This document shows, in pieces, positions 38,052 to 48,711 of a stretch of 64,000 nt of DNA. A model generated the notes under the pieces. The model searched no databases. It was given only the letters and a program-made list of their open reading frames with translations, and was not told where the DNA came from. Where the stretch lies: the sequence record NC_070950.1; one strand, 5' to 3'. Both the position numbers and the translations under genes were made by a program. Position 1 is the first letter of the stretch; every line of letters starts with the position of its first letter.

Positions 38052-40136
38052 ATGACTGAGACTTTTTTAAGTCCGTTTGTTGATGACGATTACAGTGCCG
38101 ATAGGAATATCGTTAAACACTATCATGAACAAATGGCTTTGTATCTTGGTAAAAAGCGCAATGAAGATCCTAAAGCTATTTACGAAGTACTTTCTAAACA
38201 CATCCAGCCCAATCAAAACGGTTATAAAGATCGTCGTATGCAGGTTTTAGTAAAAAACAAGTACGGCGATAGAGAAGTTAAAGTCATGACGGCGTCTAAT
38301 TTCTTTAATGAAGTTAGACGTCAGAACTGCCATCTTAGTCCTAGTATGGTTGCTTACAAGAACACTGAAGAAGAGCAATCCGTTAACGCGATAGGAACAG
38401 AAAAATTTCTTAGCCTTCGGTCCCACTATAAAGGGTTAAAACAAAAGGCCAGTGACGAAGGTGATGAATGGGGTAAGAAGGCTTTCCACGAAATTCAAAA
38501 CGCCTTGAAAATATTCAACAACGCCCAATCAGGCGCAATGTCATCCCGTGGGACTCCTCTTGTTAATAAGTCAGGTCATACTGCTCTGACTAGTGCTTGC
38601 CGTGCTTTGACCAGTACCGCTAACATGTGTAATGAAAAGTTATTGGTTGGTAACCGATTCTTTAACTCGTACGAGCGAACGATGGAGAACTTACTGTCGT
38701 TACTCTCGGTTACTGATATGAAGCGAATGGACGAAGTCATCAAGAAACTGAAGATGAACTACGCGACCATAGACCAAGTTATGGAAATGGTCAAACGTTG
38801 TTCTCGTCGGTATTGGAGAGACGTTAAACAACTCGGTTACATTAAAGAGTTTTTGGAGCAACTTCGTCCGGTTGAATTAACGGCTTTGCTTTGCAATATG
38901 GATATCGAGGGATTGAGGGTTACGAATAAAGAAATCCTTTATAAATTCTTTGATGACTTCTCTCACATACCAGAAGTTCCAGAAGGCGCTAAAGCTGAAG
39001 ATTATACTCCGCCTGATAACGGGGACCGATACACACTTTGTGTTTCTAAACTCTTAGCGAAACCAAGCAAAGTTCAGTTAAACTTTTTAAACCAGTATCA
39101 TCTGGAAATGGAACATAAATGGAAAGACTTTATTGAAGTCTTCTTTAAATGCTCCATTCCTCCATCGGGCATTTATGAAATCAGGGATATGATCCGAGAG
39201 GTAGTTCAAACCTCAGATACCGATTCCTCGATTTACACCGTAGATAAAGTCGTAGAGGATTACACCGACGAAAAAGGACAATCGTTGAGATTGAATGGGG
39301 TTCTTACTTACTTCATTCGAATGATAGCGGTTCATCAGCACGCTCAGTTAAGTGAAAACATGAACGTTGCTAAACGCTACCGTAATCGTCTGACGATGAA
39401 GAACGAGTACTTGTTTGGAGGATATGTTACAACATTAATGTCAAAACACTATTTTGCCACACAGCTGATGGTAGAAGGGGTATTGAATAAAAATGTTGAA
39501 ATGGAAATTAAGGGTGTACACTTAAGGAGTTCTAAAGTAGCTCATGAGATAAAGGATTTTGCACACAAACTCATGAGGGAGATATTGGATTGTATCTATG
39601 ACAAACGTCAAATGGATGCAGCCGATATTCTCTTTAGAGCAGCAGAGTTAGAAAGGGCCATCATTAAGGATATCAACGAAGGCCAATGGGGTTGGTTAAC
39701 ACGCAACACGATAAAGAGTGACGACGTGTACACATTGCCGGATCAATCAGTGTATCAATACCACTTACTCTGGGAGGAAGTGTTCTCCCCTAAATACGGA
39801 CACGCTCCACCACCACCCTATTCTGCTATGAAAGTCAACCTTGATTTAGGTAATAAAGGTAAGGTCGAAGAGTTTTGTAAGAATCTGGAAGATAGAGAAC
39901 TTGCAAATCGTTTATTAGATTTCTTCGTTAAGAAAGAGAAAAAAGAAATCAGTACGTTCTTTGTTCCTGCTGACGTATTACCAAGATTAGGTAAGTTACC
40001 CGATGAAGTTATTAAAGCCGCGGATATCCGACAGATCATTAAACAGAACTTAAAATCCGTTTATGCTGTGTTGGAAGCTTGTGGGTTGTATATTGTTAAC
40101 GATAAAATAACGCGTTTAATTAGTGACGAGCATTAA
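38052..40136 (+). CDS. Family B DNA polymerase, polymerase-domain subunit (phiKZ gp50-like)
   Basis: QNALKIFNNAQSG (motif B, KxxxN), TSDTDSSI (motif C), SKHYFA, EIKGVHL; about 695 aa. Confidence 0.85.
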   Translation: MTETFLSPFVDDDYSADRNIVKHYHEQMALYLGKKRNEDPKAIYEVLSKHIQPNQNGYKDRRMQVLVKNKYGDREVKVMTASNFFNEVRRQNCHLSPSMVAYKNTEEEQSVNAIGTEKFLSLRSHYKGLKQKASDEGDEWGKKAFHEIQNALKIFNNAQSGAMSSRGTPLVNKSGHTALTSACRALTSTANMCNEKLLVGNRFFNSYERTMENLLSLLSVTDMKRMDEVIKKLKMNYATIDQVMEMVKRCSRRYWRDVKQLGYIKEFLEQLRPVELTALLCNMDIEGLRVTNKEILYKFFDDFSHIPEVPEGAKAEDYTPPDNGDRYTLCVSKLLAKPSKVQLNFLNQYHLEMEHKWKDFIEVFFKCSIPPSGIYEIRDMIREVVQTSDTDSSIYTVDKVVEDYTDEKGQSLRLNGVLTYFIRMIAVHQHAQLSENMNVAKRYRNRLTMKNEYLFGGYVTTLMSKHYFATQLMVEGVLNKNVEMEIKGVHLRSSKVAHEIKDFAHKLMREILDCIYDKRQMDAADILFRAAELERAIIKDINEGQWGWLTRNTIKSDDVYTLPDQSVYQYHLLWEEVFSPKYGHAPPPPYSAMKVNLDLGNKGKVEEFCKNLEDRELANRLLDFFVKKEKKEISTFFVPADVLPRLGKLPDEVIKAADIRQIIKQNLKSVYAVLEACGLYIVNDKITRLISDEH

Positions 40137-40140
40137 ACCC

Positions 40141-40171
40141 TACTCCTACTCCCGATAAGGGAGTAGGAGTA
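40141..40171. terminator. Bidirectional terminator between convergent genes
   Basis: TACTCCTACTCCC-GATAA-GGGAGTAGGAGTA. Confidence 0.8.
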
Positions 40172-40182
40172 GTTATTATGAA

Positions 40183-41178
40183 TTAAAGTGGGGAACAGCC
40201 CTTAATAGTTTTAGCAATAGAAGAGATCGTATCCATAAACTCGTTCGTGTTACTTATAATGCTTGAACAAAGTTTAAGAATATTCTTAAGTCCATCGATA
40301 AAGGGTTTGTCCAATTGTTTATCCAGATCATTCCCTTTGTTCATTTCTTCTTCTAATTTATGAATTTTCTTTTCAAGATCAGATTTAGACGATTTGATAT
40401 TTTCTAAGTTATTGGAAATTGCGTTAATGAACGATGAGGAATGTGACAAGAATGTGGAAGCCGAGTTGAGGTCTTTAATCCCGGCCACTTCCTTTTTAGC
40501 CTGAACCATTCCGTTTAAAACGGGTTGGGAGCCCTGAACCAACGCAGATATTTTTTTGCTGATGGTTTCCCCGTACCCTTCGGGAGTAACGGCTGGAGAT
40601 TCCACTTTCTTAATTTTTTCAAGCTGATCTAAAAAGCCGGCGTGAAGAGATTCAAGTTTTTTGCTTTGCTTGTCAAAAGAGCTAGACTGTTCCGCATTAA
40701 ATTCAAAAACTTTCTTAGCGACTTCTTTTACGCTGGCGGCCGGGACGACGTTAATGCCATTACGTTTAAGGATGTTCCTTAATTCTTCCTTTCGCTGGGC
40801 TGCCTGCTGACCTGTTTTAGATGAGATCTTTTCGACCATTGCGTTGGCTTGAGCCAGAGTCATCTCCGGAGGAGACTGGACTTCTTTAATGGTCTCTTGG
40901 GCTTCTTTAACCTCTGTTTTAACCGCTTCAACTTTCTTCTTAGAAGATCCCCCGAATACCCAATCGAAGATCTTTTTAAACATCCCTTTAATGTACTCCC
41001 ACGCTTTCTTTATTCCGTCTGAGACGGCATCTGCAAACCCTTCGTTACCAGAAACAAACGTATTGCTGGGTTCGTTAGCCCAAAGTACACCGCCTAAGTA
41101 ACGCGAAGCGTACGTTTCATTCCCGCTGATGCGGTCATACAACCCGTTGAAAACGAGTTCAATGTGATCGTTGTTCAT
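40183..41178 (-). CDS. Probable internal head/ejection protein
   Basis: SGNE|GF possible protease site followed by an amphipathic helix KKAWEYIKGMFKKIFDW, a pattern seen in phiKZ-like inner-head proteins; coiled-coil-rich. Confidence 0.55.
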   Translation of the reverse strand: MNNDHIELVFNGLYDRISGNETYASRYLGGVLWANEPSNTFVSGNEGFADAVSDGIKKAWEYIKGMFKKIFDWVFGGSSKKKVEAVKTEVKEAQETIKEVQSPPEMTLAQANAMVEKISSKTGQQAAQRKEELRNILKRNGINVVPAASVKEVAKKVFEFNAEQSSSFDKQSKKLESLHAGFLDQLEKIKKVESPAVTPEGYGETISKKISALVQGSQPVLNGMVQAKKEVAGIKDLNSASTFLSHSSSFINAISNNLENIKSSKSDLEKKIHKLEEEMNKGNDLDKQLDKPFIDGLKNILKLCSSIISNTNEFMDTISSIAKTIKGCSPL

Positions 41179-41187
41179 TTAGTTTTC

Positions 41188-42300
41188 CTATTTAGATAAT
41201 TTATTTTGTTTTAACATGGCGGTGACTTGTTCTAGATATTGCACTTGCAACGGGCCTGGAACGAAATGCTTAATCATTCCTTTGATATCCTGCCTAGCCC
41301 AAACATCGATATGACCATTGACCGTCCCCATTGCGTTGAAGCTTTTATTATTGAGTGCCAAACTAAGCGTCAATAACTTCATTATTGGGAATTGCCAAAT
41401 AGCGTTTGTTTGACTGTATCGATTGTATCTCTTTGCATCTACAATGAGAGGGTTGACATCCATCGTCATAAAGTCGCCTATTCTCTGTATGACGTGTTCA
41501 GGAGAATAGCTCGGCGTTAGCGTTAAAGTCTCGACCAAGAAGGTTAAGAATCCTTTGAGTAATTCACCCACTGGATTGATATTGAACTCCCCCTTGACTA
41601 CCGTTAATTGGTCGTCGATGTTCTCACCGTTAACCACGACGTTATACAACGAATTGAATACGCTCAATTGATGCTGCAAACATCTTGCGTTAATTAGAGG
41701 GGTGCCGGCCAGATAACGATGAGGACCCAATCCTGTTTCTGATCCTTCGGCTAATCTCTCGTTAAGGTAACGCCAATACCCTATACCCAAAGCCGTGATA
41801 TCCACCCCTATTACTGCGAACCCACCATAATTCATCGGATCGTTTTTGAGCGACGTGGTGTTGGTATAACGGATGTCCGTCTCGGTGCTAATCAGCGGGA
41901 TGATACTGCAAATGTCCCTTTCGTCTAAATCGAAATAATCGTCGAGGTTATCTTTAGCCGGATAAGATACCAACATTTCAGTTAACCCATTTCCGTACAT
42001 CACGTTTTGTTTTACGACACCTTTATTGTATATAGACGTGATTCCGATAGTCGACGCCCAACTATCTACCTGCATCTCGATCATTGCTTTAAGGTAGGCC
42101 GGATCCCATTCAGGTTGAATGTTCATTAATGAAAGTAACTGAACCAAAGGATGTTGGTTCTGTAAAACGTAGGTGGTATTGTCGCTCCGTGCGATCCACT
42201 GAGCACGATTAAAATCCAAGATACGTATTACATTACTGAGCCTACCATATTTATAGACGGCAGGACGATGATCGGTTGTTATTAATTTTAAAGGTTTCAT
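41188..42300 (-). CDS. Probable conserved jumbo-phage protein, 370 aa
   Basis: Position between DNA polymerase and chimallin on the opposite strand. Confidence 0.65.
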   Translation of the reverse strand: MKPLKLITTDHRPAVYKYGRLSNVIRILDFNRAQWIARSDNTTYVLQNQHPLVQLLSLMNIQPEWDPAYLKAMIEMQVDSWASTIGITSIYNKGVVKQNVMYGNGLTEMLVSYPAKDNLDDYFDLDERDICSIIPLISTETDIRYTNTTSLKNDPMNYGGFAVIGVDITALGIGYWRYLNERLAEGSETGLGPHRYLAGTPLINARCLQHQLSVFNSLYNVVVNGENIDDQLTVVKGEFNINPVGELLKGFLTFLVETLTLTPSYSPEHVIQRIGDFMTMDVNPLIVDAKRYNRYSQTNAIWQFPIMKLLTLSLALNNKSFNAMGTVNGHIDVWARQDIKGMIKHFVPGPLQVQYLEQVTAMLKQNKLSK

Positions 42301-42559
42301 TGTAGTCCTGTTAGTAACTCAGTATTATGTTATTACATATATCTATTATATGTAAACAAACACACCTCTCCGAAAGGAGGGGAGACCAATGCCGCGGAGT
42401 AAAAATCCGTTAAGCATAAAATCGATCAGTTTTTACCACCCCTAAATAATTTCAGACCGATATTATTTAGGTAGATAAACAACACAAATGTTTATCTGTT
42501 TTGATCAAACTTAATAACATCCCCCTTTATAAAAAGCTAATAGCTATTAGGAGTTAAGA

Positions 42560-44572
42560 ATGTCCGACAATCAAAATGGCAACAACTGGGAACAAACCGT
42601 CCTGAACACCGCTGCTGGTAAAGGAGAGCCGATCGTCTCTGCTTCTGCCGAGAATTTCGGTTCTCAGCTGCTCGGTCTGCTCGGCCAGGCTTCTCTTCTG
42701 GGTTCTTCCAAGAACGTGCCGGAAGTAGAAGAAACCGCGGCCCTGATCAAGAAACGCGTAACCGATCTGAAAAACGGTACGCCGGGCGAAACCCAGAAGA
42801 AGATCCTGCCGGAAGTGAACATCATCACCAAACCGATCATCTCTGCACTGCCGGGCATCGTGCTCTCCCTGCACATGAACAACAACCCTGCGGTATACGT
42901 CATGCCGGTGCTGTTCTCTAACCGTCATCTGACCAATACCCTGGAAGAGATCCAGATCGACAACGGCGTTAACCAACAGCGCAAAATGTCCATGCCGTTT
43001 ACCCCTGATTCCTACGCTCGTGCTGATCTGTTCGAACAGATCAAAATGCACTACAAAGCGATGCTCCAGGATAAAGGTGTGAGCGAATGCGTGATCATCA
43101 ACGTGATGGTTATCGACCTGGAACAGATCGTTGGTGACGATGTCCTGAATCAGGGCAAATCGCCGCTGCTGCGTGATGAAATCATGCGTAGCTGGGAACA
43201 GGGTCTGATGGTACAGATCGCGAAAATCGCAGCCAACCAGCCGAAAGCTTCTCTGCCTTCTCCGTTCTCTGCGACCGGTGGCAAAGCCTATGGTCAGCAC
43301 GGTAATGCGATTGCTCGCGTTGAACCGATCCGCGGTCAGTATGTTAACGAAGGCCTGCTGTCTCCGGCGAACCTGACCATCCGCATGCAAACTGCTAACC
43401 ATAACGGTTATCAGGGTAACGCGGAACAGTCCCGTGAAATCGTCAACACCTACGCGACCGTTAGCCTGATGGGTTCTCCGATCCAGCAGTTCAACCCGCA
43501 GCTGACCGGTAACATTCCGCAGCCGTACCTGCAGACCCCTAACGGTCGTCCTCAGGGCTACACCCCGCTGCAGCCGGTGGTTATTATGAACCACGCTAAA
43601 GCTGGCGAAGTGCTGGGCGATGCGACTGGCCTGTCGACCTACTTCATGGGTCTGTTCTCTCTGATGGCGACCAACAGCAACTACCTGTTTGCTGAAGCTC
43701 TGCGTTCTAAGAACGTAGGTTCTCGTGGCTCCCTGACTGATATGGAACACCGCATCCGTCAGATGGAAAATGGATTACCTCCGCGCACTAAGGGTACTGA
43801 GATGACCGACGCTAAACTGTCGGATATCGATTTCACCACTAACTGGATTCGCGCCAATATTGGACCTAAAGCAGTCTTTGCTGCTGACCTGATCCAGTTT
43901 GGCCCGGATGCGGCAATCTCCAACTTCCTGTTCAACCTCACTCCCGGTGCGAAAGACTACATCAAATGCGTGAAAACCGTTATTGCTATCGTCGACTCCA
44001 TCTCCGGTGATGCGAAAGCCATGTCTGCGGTTATCGCAGAAAACCAGGCCAACAACAATGCCAATGGCGGATGGATTCCGGGCAAACCGGTGCTGCACGT
44101 TTCTAACGCGCTGATCCCAGTCGGTACTTCTGTACTGGATAACAAACGCATTGCGCTCGGCGAAGTGGACGAGATGTTCCTGTCCAAGCACTATAAAGAT
44201 CAGGTCGCCCCGATGAACCAGTACCTGGAAAACATGTACGGGTCTAACCCGAACGTTCCGGAAAAACTGCGTCGCTACAATCTGTTGATCCAGCTGTCCA
44301 CCATCTTCTCTGAAGGTGTAAACCTGTTCGGCTTCGCTCGTCGTTGCTACTGGGATCCGCTGTTCATGGATGCGTTCACTAAAGCGATGAACACCATCGG
44401 TTCTCTGCAGGTTACTGGCTCTATGGGTCAGTTCGCTGCTAACGTTCAGGTCTTCGCTCCTGGCCAGCAGTATATCTCTCAGGCAACTGCTGGTAACTCC
44501 GGTGGCGTCGTTCTGGGTAACGGTATGATGCTGGGTGCAGGTGGCGGTCTGGTGTTTGGCCCGTCCTACTAA
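42560..44572 (+). CDS. chmA: Chimallin, phage nuclear shell protein
   Basis: 670 aa with similarity to chimallin as I recall it (e.g. SNALIPVG...LGEVDEM, FGFARRCYWDPLFM); directly upstream of nvRNAP beta-prime; highly expressed-type codon usage. Confidence 0.85.
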   Translation: MSDNQNGNNWEQTVLNTAAGKGEPIVSASAENFGSQLLGLLGQASLLGSSKNVPEVEETAALIKKRVTDLKNGTPGETQKKILPEVNIITKPIISALPGIVLSLHMNNNPAVYVMPVLFSNRHLTNTLEEIQIDNGVNQQRKMSMPFTPDSYARADLFEQIKMHYKAMLQDKGVSECVIINVMVIDLEQIVGDDVLNQGKSPLLRDEIMRSWEQGLMVQIAKIAANQPKASLPSPFSATGGKAYGQHGNAIARVEPIRGQYVNEGLLSPANLTIRMQTANHNGYQGNAEQSREIVNTYATVSLMGSPIQQFNPQLTGNIPQPYLQTPNGRPQGYTPLQPVVIMNHAKAGEVLGDATGLSTYFMGLFSLMATNSNYLFAEALRSKNVGSRGSLTDMEHRIRQMENGLPPRTKGTEMTDAKLSDIDFTTNWIRANIGPKAVFAADLIQFGPDAAISNFLFNLTPGAKDYIKCVKTVIAIVDSISGDAKAMSAVIAENQANNNANGGWIPGKPVLHVSNALIPVGTSVLDNKRIALGEVDEMFLSKHYKDQVAPMNQYLENMYGSNPNVPEKLRRYNLLIQLSTIFSEGVNLFGFARRCYWDPLFMDAFTKAMNTIGSLQVTGSMGQFAANVQVFAPGQQYISQATAGNSGGVVLGNGMMLGAGGGLVFGPSY

Positions 44573-44596
44573 GAGTTCGGCTGTAAGCTCACTAAA

Positions 44597-44626
44597 GGAG
44601 GAGGCGGAAGCCTCCTCCCTTTTTTA
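44597..44626 (+). terminator. Terminator after chmA
   Basis: GGAGGAGGC-GGAA-GCCTCCTCC plus T6. Confidence 0.85.
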
Positions 44627-44643
44627 TGCATTTCATTTTTTGA

Positions 44644-46074
44644 GTGAACGGAGACGTTATGGATCAGTACGGTGATCGTATTATTGATGCATTAACAGCG
44701 CCTGAATTTTCATCATTGCAACCAGAGGCTCAGTTTAAAACTTATGCCGAACAATACGGTGGTGACCTTTCTGACGACAAACGTTTTTATGAACCCCTTT
44801 ATCCCGACTTCACTGACTATAACCGTTTGCATGATACTGCTAAGGTCGATCCGGTTTACCTGAACGATTTCGATTTTTGTTTGGAAGAAGACCGAGAACG
44901 AATCGCATCTTTGATTCGTATGGACTTCAACACCGACACATTCGAAACCGTCGCGAGATGTAGCTGTGGGCATCTGAAGGGCAACTATTTGTTGGGTCAG
45001 AAAAGATCATGTCCCATCTGTCAATCCCTTGTAGAGAAAGTCGTAGAGACTTCCTTAGATACTAAGGTATGGGTCAGGGTTCCAGAAGGTGTAGTTGGAT
45101 TTATCAGTCCGGCTTATTACAAAACCTTCTTATCGAAGATCGCGACCAATTCTCCAAAGATTGAGATCGTGACTTGGCTCATCGATCCGTCTTATCGTCG
45201 GGGTAGTCGGGCTCAGCATACTGAGTCTGGTCGTCGGATGTTGGCTGAACTCGATAAACTCGGAATAGTCCCCGGGCTTAACAGCTTTATATTGAACGCG
45301 GACAGATTCATGGAACACTTCCTTGTTGGTGAAGGAAGAGGTGCTGTGAGCATGAAGCCGGCTGATGGTAAAAAGCATTTGGATAAGTATTACGAATATC
45401 GTCATCTTATCTTCCCGCGCTATTTGTCCGTACCCAATAAACTCGCCACCATCATCGAGCAAGATGGTAAAGATAAGTACGTTTCTTCAACCCAATTGAA
45501 AACCTCGGCAATCTACCAATCTATTGCAGATACGAGAGATTCTACTGAGTTTTATAAATGTACGATTAAGGATCTTAAGGAGAACGCTGATATCGTCGGG
45601 AAGGCGATAGTTCGATTAGGTAAGCAGAACTCTGATAACTATAAGAGTCAGCTGTTTGCTAAATCGAGCCTGATACGTAAACACGTAATCGCGGGATCGT
45701 TATCTTTATCAGGTCGTGGTGTTATCACATCAACGACTGGGTTGCATGATGCCGGTGTTGCTAAGATACCTTGGATCATGGCAGTGGCTATGCTGAAGAA
45801 ACACATCCTGGGATATCTTTACCGTTTAGGGTACAGCCCCCTGAAAGCCGAAAGTGTAATCAGTACAGCAGCACACCAAGTCGTCCCGGTAATCGATCAA
45901 TTCTTTACCAAGCACGAAAAGCAAAAAGACATTGTCTGCATTTTAGGAAGAAACCCATCAATTCAGTACCTGTCAGCAAAAGCCTTCTTCATGTCGATCA
46001 ACCGAGATTTAGAAGACGAGTCGATAAACTTACCAATACTCTCAGTTAAAACCTTTAATGCTGACTTCGACGGT
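44644..46074 (+). CDS. Non-virion RNAP beta-prime N-terminal subunit (phiKZ gp55-like), exon 1
   Basis: Zn-binding CSCG...CPIC, GRNP, ends FNADFDG (catalytic motif interrupted). Confidence 0.9.
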
Positions 46075-47489
46075 AAACGTGTTGCCGTCCATAAATTTCT
46101 CTAACTGCTGGAACACCCTAAAGCTCGTTTAGCTACAACGTAATCCGCAAGGATAACCGTGAATGCGGTCGAAAGACAGAAAAAATAAACGAGATGATCT
46201 ATGCTTAATATCTTGATTAAGGATTTAATTGAGTGCTAAGGATTTCTAATGGGCGATCAGCATCGAAGCTTCCTTATGGGAAGAACGTTCAACGACTAAA
46301 TACATCGAATTCGTGATGTTAACGGGAAAGCAGCTTACAGGATGTGACTGCAAGATATAGTCTCAACCGGTGCGAAAGTGTCGGATAGCAAATGCTCTAG
46401 CCAGGCATTTGCTCTTGGATTAACGACCCAAGCAGCCTCTTTATTATGATCCTTTAAAATGAGAAAATTAATACCCGGAACTAAAAACTTCTATGCGGGT
46501 GACGACAATCAGATTTATGATTCTGAAGGAGTCCCTAGAAAACAATATGTGAATGGTGACGGTTACAAAACAGCTTCCGTTCTATTGGAAGACGGAAGAT
46601 GGGTAACCTTTGGAGTTCAGCGTTTAGTCGCCATGGCCTTCAAAAAGACCGACGTACCATTTGCTTTACTAACAGTCAACCACATCGATAAAGTTAAATG
46701 GAATAACACTCCGCCTAATTTGGAATGGGTGTCGAATAAGCATAACGTTATTCACGCTATTCTCCTTAATAAGAAATCTTTGAGGCCTTTAATTTCTTGC
46801 GAGAAAGATAACGAAAGTTTCTTTTTAGCGGATATCTATGATGCTGTTATCCATTTTGATTCAGACGTTGAATCAGTTTGGGGAGCTATCAGAGACGGTA
46901 AAGAAATTGATGGGTGGAAAATTTCCTACATTAAGGCCTCTGATAAAAGAAACCAGAGGATTATAGTGAAGGCCCCTAAGGAAAGATCTGGCCATGAAAG
47001 GCCGTTGACTATGATGGATGTGGAAACAGGAAATATTAAAGAATTTTCTTCCATTAAAGAAGCCGCGAGCCATTTCTCTGTCTTAATAACCCATATCCGG
47101 ATTAGAATTTCCACTCCAGGATATCCTAAGGTTTTTAGGGGGAGATATGTTTTCGTAGATAAGGGAGAGAGTTTTGATTTTCTAAATGAGGAGGTATTGG
47201 GAAGATTAAAAAGAACAGCGCCGAAACAGGTGTTAGCTTATAATTTGGAAACGTCGACTTTTCGGACGTATGATTCGGCTCGATCGTTTATTCAAAATAA
47301 TAAGCTCAGTAAAAAAGCAGTCTCGGTGAGACTGAAGAAAGAAAAATTGGAATCGGTTTCCGGTTGGTTATTTAAATACCAAACCGCTAATCCAGATTCT
47401 GATAAGAAAGCATTATTAGAGATGGCTAGATCTCTCTTAGTGTAGGAACATATGAGGCGATAAAACCGGTTAATCCGGACAATGCGAAG
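46075..47489 (+). mobile_element. Group I self-splicing intron, 1415 nt
   Basis: P1 with U-G wobble (GACGGU / GCCGUC); P AACTGCTGGAA at 46103, Q GGCGATCAGCA near 46252, R GTTCAACGACTA near 46288, S AAGATATAGTC at 46352; terminal G47489; P10 GTGTT / GACAC. Confidence 0.9.
46459..47445 (+). CDS. Intron-encoded HNH homing endonuclease (I-HmuI-like)
   Basis: VNHIDKVKWNNTPPNLEWVSNKHN HNH motif; C-terminal NUMOD1/IENR1-like repeats (EFSSIKEAASHF, TYDSARSF). Confidence 0.88.
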   Translation: MRKLIPGTKNFYAGDDNQIYDSEGVPRKQYVNGDGYKTASVLLEDGRWVTFGVQRLVAMAFKKTDVPFALLTVNHIDKVKWNNTPPNLEWVSNKHNVIHAILLNKKSLRPLISCEKDNESFFLADIYDAVIHFDSDVESVWGAIRDGKEIDGWKISYIKASDKRNQRIIVKAPKERSGHERPLTMMDVETGNIKEFSSIKEAASHFSVLITHIRIRISTPGYPKVFRGRYVFVDKGESFDFLNEEVLGRLKRTAPKQVLAYNLETSTFRTYDSARSFIQNNKLSKKAVSVRLKKEKLESVSGWLFKYQTANPDSDKKALLEMARSLLV

Positions 47490-47678
47490 GACACTATGTA
47501 CTGTTATGTATTGAGTGATTTGAAAGGTAAGGCCAAAGCGTATGGGTCGTTCGGTCATCAGTCCATGCTTGATGAAAACGAACCATTTACAATAAGTCGA
47601 TTTGCTGATCAAACTTCAACGAATTTGATGAACCTCAACAACATGATGAGAGGAACACCAATCAATGAATGCGGCTGA
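47490..47678 (+). CDS. nvRNAP beta-prime subunit exon 2 (DTMYCYVL...)
   Basis: Splicing restores NADFDGDTM, matching the canonical NADFDGDxM. Confidence 0.85.
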   Translation, partial: DTMYCYVLSDLKGKAKAYGSFGHQSMLDENEPFTISRFADQTSTNLMNLNNMMRGTPINECG

Positions 47679-48300
47679 CGCGTTTAGCTTTAGTTGTGCC
47701 GGCGCTATTGACGAAGGTCGAATGCGTCAGTATGCCGGCTACGTTCAAATGAATTTTGATAACGTGAAAGGTATGGGAGGTTGGCTGGCGAAAGAAGCAG
47801 AAAAAACGTTAGACCGATTTTCTAACTTCATGAATTCCAGGGCGTGGGAGTTATCCAAAATCCTAACGGGGAATGGCGATGGTGAATACGTAGGACGATT
47901 TGACATCGGTTATTTAGGTTCCCTCAACGCTCAACAGCAAGCCCAGGGTTTCATGCGGGATTACATCATGGCTAACCCATTGGTTATGCAGATGTATCTG
48001 GATGGAGGATTGGAAGGCTACGGTGGTGAGTTCTCCCCGTTCTGTAATGCCGTTGGTAAGAACAACGTTTTCTATCGTAACGCCACCCATGGTATAGTAC
48101 AAACTGAAACTAAAGACGACGTTCAGAAAACTTGGTTCAGTCACTTTGGTGATGTGCCGGGCACAGGAATGTCATTTAGGGAACAAGCAGACATCATGAG
48201 AACTTGGAAAGCGACCAATCACCTGATAGGTTCTCAACTCTTTGATATGACCTCACCATCGAATAAAAAGATGAATGAGGATAACGAAGAGGAAACATAA
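47665..48300 (+). CDS. Probable conserved jumbo-phage protein, 211 aa
   Basis: Overlaps the end of exon 2; GAGGA RBS. Confidence 0.7.
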   Translation: MNAADAFSFSCAGAIDEGRMRQYAGYVQMNFDNVKGMGGWLAKEAEKTLDRFSNFMNSRAWELSKILTGNGDGEYVGRFDIGYLGSLNAQQQAQGFMRDYIMANPLVMQMYLDGGLEGYGGEFSPFCNAVGKNNVFYRNATHGIVQTETKDDVQKTWFSHFGDVPGTGMSFREQADIMRTWKATNHLIGSQLFDMTSPSNKKMNEDNEEET

Positions 48301-48348
48301 ACATTTTTGGGGGAGGAAACTCCCCCATTTAACATCGAGAGTAAACTT

Positions 48349-48711
48349 ATGAATAGCGAACAAACCAAACCCATGCATAGTGTTTTTATGCAAATCATCA
48401 GTTCCGAAGAAATCGGTAATTTGAAGAATGCCGTTCGGAATACCGAATTCCTTTTAGCCGAGTTAGGCGAATCGGAAGACGGCAAACCACTGGATCCATC
48501 CCATCTGATCTTTATTGTAACTGACATGTCTTTTGACGAACACGGAAACTTGATGGGAAGAGTAACTCCCACCGGCCCATACAAGGACAAGGGACGGGAA
48601 TGGATTTCAACTAAAAAATATAAAACACCTATTTTTAAGTTTATTCCGAGAGTGGCTACGAATAACCGCAATTGGACCTTCATCAATAAACTCGACGTGG
48701 TGGTCAAATAA
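48349..48711 (+). CDS. Hypothetical protein
   Basis: ATG 48349 after a hairpin; TAATG coupling to the next gene. Confidence 0.6.
   Translation: MNSEQTKPMHSVFMQIISSEEIGNLKNAVRNTEFLLAELGESEDGKPLDPSHLIFIVTDMSFDEHGNLMGRVTPTGPYKDKGREWISTKKYKTPIFKFIPRVATNNRNWTFINKLDVVVK

Noticed and set aside
46075-46104. KRVAVHKFL as the true C-terminus of the RNAP subunit, and 47496..47678 as a separate gene
   Set aside because: These are intron read-through and exon 2; splicing restores NADFDGDTM
47478-47489. Alternative 3' splice site giving DNAKDTM
   Set aside because: The GACAC start pairs with the internal guide (P10) and gives canonical NADFDGDxM spacing, so 47490 is preferred
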